A stretch of 11,431 nt of DNA, taken from contig JAEOUG010000185.1 of the NCBI GenBank assembly GCA_016839445.1, positions 1 through 11,431 of the forward strand, given 5' to 3'. The DNA is from Candidatus Thorarchaeota archaeon. GTDB taxonomy: Archaea > Asgardarchaeota > Thorarchaeia > Thorarchaeales > Thorarchaeaceae. The position numbers were made by a program, and so were the translations under genes. Positions 8,525 to 11,431 of this stretch are shown piece by piece. The first letter of the stretch is position 1. Every line of letters begins with the position of its first letter. The notes under the pieces are model-generated. The model made no database searches and was not told where the DNA came from. It saw only the letters and a list, made by a program, of their open reading frames with translations.

Positions 8525-9452
8525 TCCTTCTCTCCACTGACTCCATGACTCGTCTGGCGAATTCGCGGTCATCCTTGAATGACCATGGGATGCCAAGGAA
8601 CATCTTGTTGGCGCTGACCATGAGGTTCTGGTCTCTGGTGACGAGTATCTTGAAGATCAGCTTGGTCCACTCAAAACAAGGGTGTTCGTTGAACGTCTGG
8701 CTGTTCTGTGGCTTTGACGCGATGGACTTGAGATAGTCCATTCCCTGTTTGGGCCTCCCCAGCATCAGGTCTGATAGGGCCCCCATGCACGCCAGAATCA
8801 CGGAGTTCTTGACCATCCCTGAATCGATGTAGTTCTGCGCTCCCTCCTTATACTCACTAGCCTTCTTCTCGTACAGTGCCCTGCCATGGCTAATGATGAG
8901 GTCCCTTGTATCATCCTTCTTATCGGTCCTCTTCAGCGAAACGCCGCCCAGAACTGCCGCCTTGAGCTCTGATTGCATGTCGGTGATAGGAGCATCCTTG
9001 TTCAGTTTGCGCATTCTCTCAACGATGGACCGTCCTGCCCTCACAAGTTCCTGCTTCACTCTTGGACCATTGAGTGACGAATCTCCTCTTTCGAGCCCAT
9101 TCTCATAGGCAACCCTTGCGGATCTGAAGAAGTCGTAAGCTCTCTCTGTGAGGTCGTTCTTGTTGGCGAAGTTGATGGCCTTGATGTAGGCATTGATTGC
9201 GTTATCGGTCTCTCCTAGGTTGGCAAACTGGCTTGCTGACTCAATGAGCCAGGGGAATGCGTCGGTGCTGTTCTTGTCCAGTGCATCTTGGCCCCTGGCC
9301 AGTGAGCTGTATGCATCAACACAAATGGTTGCCACGTCTGGATGGAAGCACTTCGTGTCAGCTTCTCCATTGGGTACAGCCTGCCCCCTAAGTCTGCAGT
9401 AGTGTTTCGAATCCTCCTGCTTGTACCATGAGCACTTGTCTGACACCGGCAT
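8514..9452 (-). CDS. Uncharacterised alpha-helical repeat (TPR/alpha-SNAP-like) protein with a Cys/His-rich N-terminus and an internal WH2-like motif
   Basis: About 312 aa. GGTGA SD (9460-9464, minus strand) 7 nt before the ATG at 9452 favours that start over TTG 9458. TPR-like helices such as ESASQFANLGETDNAINAYIKA are present. The stop overlaps the convergent RsmB gene by 11 bp. The CDS is well supported but the domain calls are by eye. Confidence 0.8.
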   Translation of the reverse strand: MPVSDKCSWYKQEDSKHYCRLRGQAVPNGEADTKCFHPDVATICVDAYSSLARGQDALDKNSTDAFPWLIESASQFANLGETDNAINAYIKAINFANKNDLTERAYDFFRSARVAYENGLERGDSSLNGPRVKQELVRAGRSIVERMRKLNKDAPITDMQSELKAAVLGGVSLKRTDKKDDTRDLIISHGRALYEKKASEYKEGAQNYIDSGMVKNSVILACMGALSDLMLGRPKQGMDYLKSIASKPQNSQTFNEHPCFEWTKLIFKILVTRDQNLMVSANKMFLGIPWSFKDDREFARRVMESVERRITA

Positions 9453-9495
9453 GACCAAATCACCAGTAGGGCTGGCACTCTACATTCTCGCAGGC

Positions 9496-9533
9496 GTTAA
9501 AAAACCAACCCACGCTGTATCGTTATCTTTAAC
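9496..9533. promoter_or_regulatory. Back-to-back archaeal TATA-like boxes of a divergent promoter region
   Basis: Minus-strand TTTTTTAAC (9496-9504) precedes the 9452 gene and plus-strand TTTAAC (9528-9533) precedes the PDCD5-like gene. Both lie in an AT-rich island within otherwise GC-richer DNA. Confidence 0.5.
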
Positions 9534-9567
9534 TGCTCTCTAGACCGGTTTGGCCCGAGGTCCTCAG

Positions 9568-9969
9568 GTGACAGACGACGACACTGAACTCGCCATGATT
9601 CGAAGAAAGAAGATGGCTGAGATAGTGGCACGTGAGAAGCAAGCACAGGCCCAGAAGGAAAAGCAGGCCAAGTCCAATGTTGAGAGAGAGAAGCTCCTGA
9701 CGCGTTTCCTGGCGCCTGATGCGCTGAAGTACCTCGCCAATGTGAAGGAGAAAGAGCCCGGCGTTGGTCGGCGTCTAGAGGACACAATCCTATACCTGAT
9801 TGTGTACCGTGGAATACGTGAGATGTTCTCACAACTCGATGTGATGTACATTGAGCGACAGATAAAGGGTGAGGGACCGAAGATACGTATTCAGAGAGAC
9901 GGTGAAACCTCAGATTTCGGCGAGTATGTGAAAGAAGCCATCAAGGAGAGCAATAGCAAGACCGAGTGA
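9568..9969 (+). CDS. PDCD5/TFAR19-like (dsDNA_bind family) protein, divergent
   Basis: DDDTELAMIRRKKMAE matches the PDCD5 N-terminal D.EL..IR..K..E helix. It is followed by a Q/K-rich linker, LL..FL.PDA...L..V....P, LE..IL.L and a C-terminal basic strand KIRIQR. GTG 9568, with GAGG 7 nt upstream, is preferred over TTG 9550. Confidence 0.75.
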   Translation: MTDDDTELAMIRRKKMAEIVAREKQAQAQKEKQAKSNVEREKLLTRFLAPDALKYLANVKEKEPGVGRRLEDTILYLIVYRGIREMFSQLDVMYIERQIKGEGPKIRIQRDGETSDFGEYVKEAIKESNSKTE

Positions 9970-10872
9970 TTAGCTTAGTGATCGAGCTCTTGACGCCCAC
10001 TCTCTAACCGTGTACCTCAGGTTCTCTGGGTTATCCTGCTGCTTTCTCCAGTGGTCAGCAGTCCTTCTCATCTGGAATATCAGCGCGCCTCCGCGTGCCA
10101 GTTTCTGTTCGAGAATATCTGCCGACGCCTCAAGTGCTCTCACTATTGTGTCCTGGTCATCCGTGAGCCCCACGAACTCCTCCAACTGGTCGAAGACACC
10201 CATCGGCTCAAGACTTGCCCATTTCTCCTTCGGAACTTCGAGGTGCCGATACTTGCCGCCAGGAATCAAAGTGCTGTCGTTCCTGATTTCGACTTCTCCT
10301 GCCATCTCTAACTCATCCACTAGTACCTTTGCTTCGCCGACACTCATCGCAACTACTGTCGCGAGTTCATCGAGTCTTACGGACTTCCGTCCTAGTATTG
10401 TGCTCAACATTCGGTACTTCGGATTCCCGACTTCTTGCAGGACTCTGCCTAGTGCTTCGAGAGACCCCTCTTCTCCGTTGATGAGCCTAGTAGCGGCTTC
10501 TGAGAATCGCTCCAGATCCTTACGGAGGCTCTCTATTGTGAGCCTTGCAGTGGATAGATCCTCCCTCATTGTCGTGTCTTCTGTTGCTGGCTTCTTCTTG
10601 TTCATCTCTTGTGTCTGCTCGGCTCGGATTCCCTGCATCTCCCGCCCGACGGACTCAAGGGCTGCCTTTGCTCTTGCAAGCTCTCCCCTCAGGAGCTCGT
10701 TCTCCGCCTGCTTCTCCCTCACCTCGGCATCCAAGGACGCGATTCTCTCATTGAACTGGGCAGCTCTTCTCTGCGCCCCTTCAATCTGCGCTTGGAGTGC
10801 CTCTATCTTCTGGTTCAGAGACACAATCTGGATTGTCTTTTCCCGAATTCTCTCCTGTACGTCGTCAGACAT
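9970..10872 (-). CDS. Uncharacterised 300-aa protein: N-terminal coiled coil, central winged helix-turn-helix-like domain, C-terminal helical bundle
   Basis: Starts at MSDDVQERIREK (ATG 10872); the longer track ORF overlaps TatD. Heptad pattern spans about aa 5-130. PKYRMLSTIL.RKSVRLDELA....MSVGEAKVLVDELEMAGEVEI is wHTH-like. The stop abuts the convergent PDCD5 stop with a 0-bp gap. Confidence 0.8.
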   Translation of the reverse strand: MSDDVQERIREKTIQIVSLNQKIEALQAQIEGAQRRAAQFNERIASLDAEVREKQAENELLRGELARAKAALESVGREMQGIRAEQTQEMNKKKPATEDTTMREDLSTARLTIESLRKDLERFSEAATRLINGEEGSLEALGRVLQEVGNPKYRMLSTILGRKSVRLDELATVVAMSVGEAKVLVDELEMAGEVEIRNDSTLIPGGKYRHLEVPKEKWASLEPMGVFDQLEEFVGLTDDQDTIVRALEASADILEQKLARGGALIFQMRRTADHWRKQQDNPENLRYTVREWASRARSLS

Positions 10873-10903
10873 CAAGGTTCCCGCGTGACGCCCATACAGA
10901 TGA

Positions 10904-10912
10904 CAATTAAAG
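10904..10912. promoter_or_regulatory. Putative shared (bidirectional) TATA-like element between the coiled-coil gene and tatD
   Basis: CAATTAAAG reads ATTAAAG on plus and CTTTAATTG on minus. It is the only AT-rich tract in the 80-bp divergent spacer. Confidence 0.4.
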
Positions 10913-10952
10913 GAGTCTCGTCTGTCCCTGCCTGCAAAGGGAGAGAGGCGTC

Positions 10953-11431
10953 TTGCGGCTATTCGATGCGCACACACACATTGACATGAAGCACTTCCAG
11001 AACGATCGGGACCGTGTAATAGAGAGGGCAAGGCAGAGAGGCCTGGTCGGCATGGTGAGTTCGTCCATAGGATCTGGCTCATTTCGCCGCACACTTGGGA
11101 TAGTGTCAAAGCAGAAGGGGTTCATTCATCATTCAGCTGGTTGCTCGGTTTCTCAGCTGACTGCAGACGAGGCAGAGAAAATCATCGCACTTACTCGAAA
11201 ATACTCCGATGATGTCGTAGCTGTAGGGGAGGTGGGCTTAGACTACCACTGGGTCAAGGATGCCAGAGGAAGAGCAGCGCAGGAACCCCTATTCAGGCAG
11301 TTCATAGAGCTTGCCATGGAACTCGAGAAGCCGATTGTCATTCACTCGAGGAAGTCGGAGCAGGAGGCATGTTCAATCCTTGAGAGCACCTACAGCGGTG
11401 ATGTCCTGATGCATTGCTTCGACGGTCCGAA
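10953..11431 (+). CDS. tatD: TatD family metal-dependent hydrolase/DNase, 3'-truncated by the window edge (absent from the ORF track)
   Basis: Manual translation from TTG 10953: MRLFDAHTHID...RDRVIERARQRG...VVAVGEVGLDYHW...QEPLFRQFIELAMELEKPIVIHSRKSE...VLMHCFDG. This contains the DxHxH, GExGLD, HxR and HCF TatD motifs. GAGG lies upstream. Confidence 0.93.
   Translation, partial: MRLFDAHTHIDMKHFQNDRDRVIERARQRGLVGMVSSSIGSGSFRRTLGIVSKQKGFIHHSAGCSVSQLTADEAEKIIALTRKYSDDVVAVGEVGLDYHWVKDARGRAAQEPLFRQFIELAMELEKPIVIHSRKSEQEACSILESTYSGDVLMHCFDGP

Noticed and set aside
10010-10888. 292-aa plus-strand ORF
   Set aside because: It is the antisense shadow of the coiled-coil gene: Ser/Leu/Phe-rich, as expected from reversed Glu/Lys/Arg codons, with no motifs.
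10971-10981. (CA)n microsatellite-like run
   Set aside because: It simply encodes the TatD H-T-H metal-binding motif (CAC ACA CAC).
10873-11109. 79-aa N-terminal extension of the 9970..11109 minus-strand ORF
   Set aside because: It overlaps the clear tatD gene on the opposite strand and the divergent promoter. Coiled-coil character begins only at ATG 10872.
1-11431. tRNA, rRNA, CRISPR array, IS element or selenocysteine/pyrrolysine readthrough
   Set aside because: Intergenic spaces are all under about 120 bp with no repeats or cloverleaf visible, there is no transposase or integrase, and no gene appears interrupted by an in-frame stop.

Overview
Gene-dense archaeal chromosomal segment with no RNA genes, CRISPR or mobile elements. 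Archaeal origin is supported by GGTGA-type Shine-Dalgarno sites, TATA-like boxes and a PDCD5-family gene. An Asgard/Thorarchaeia-like origin is an unconfirmed inference from protein style. The + strand left half is a probable operon: a 5'-truncated HdrD/GlpC-like Fe-S/CCG protein, an alkyl-DHAP-synthase (AGPS/ADPS)-like FAD protein retaining the ADPS catalytic residues, a second HdrD/GlpC-like protein and an MSMEG_0568/NitD-type radical SAM enzyme. These are followed by a GNAT, a divergent aldehyde dehydrogenase and an RsmB/NOP2 m5C methyltransferase. The right half has two divergent gene pairs. The first is an uncharacterised alpha-SNAP/TPR-like helical protein with an inserted WH2-like actin-binding motif (DMQSELKAAVLGGVSLKRT), opposite a divergent PDCD5 homologue. 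The second is a coiled-coil/winged-helix/helical-bundle protein opposite a 3'-truncated TatD gene that the ORF track missed. The most novel candidates are the SNAP-like/WH2 protein with its neighbours (possible archaeal actin/membrane-remodelling module) and the AGPS-like/Fe-S/radical SAM cluster (possible glycerol-ether lipid metabolism).
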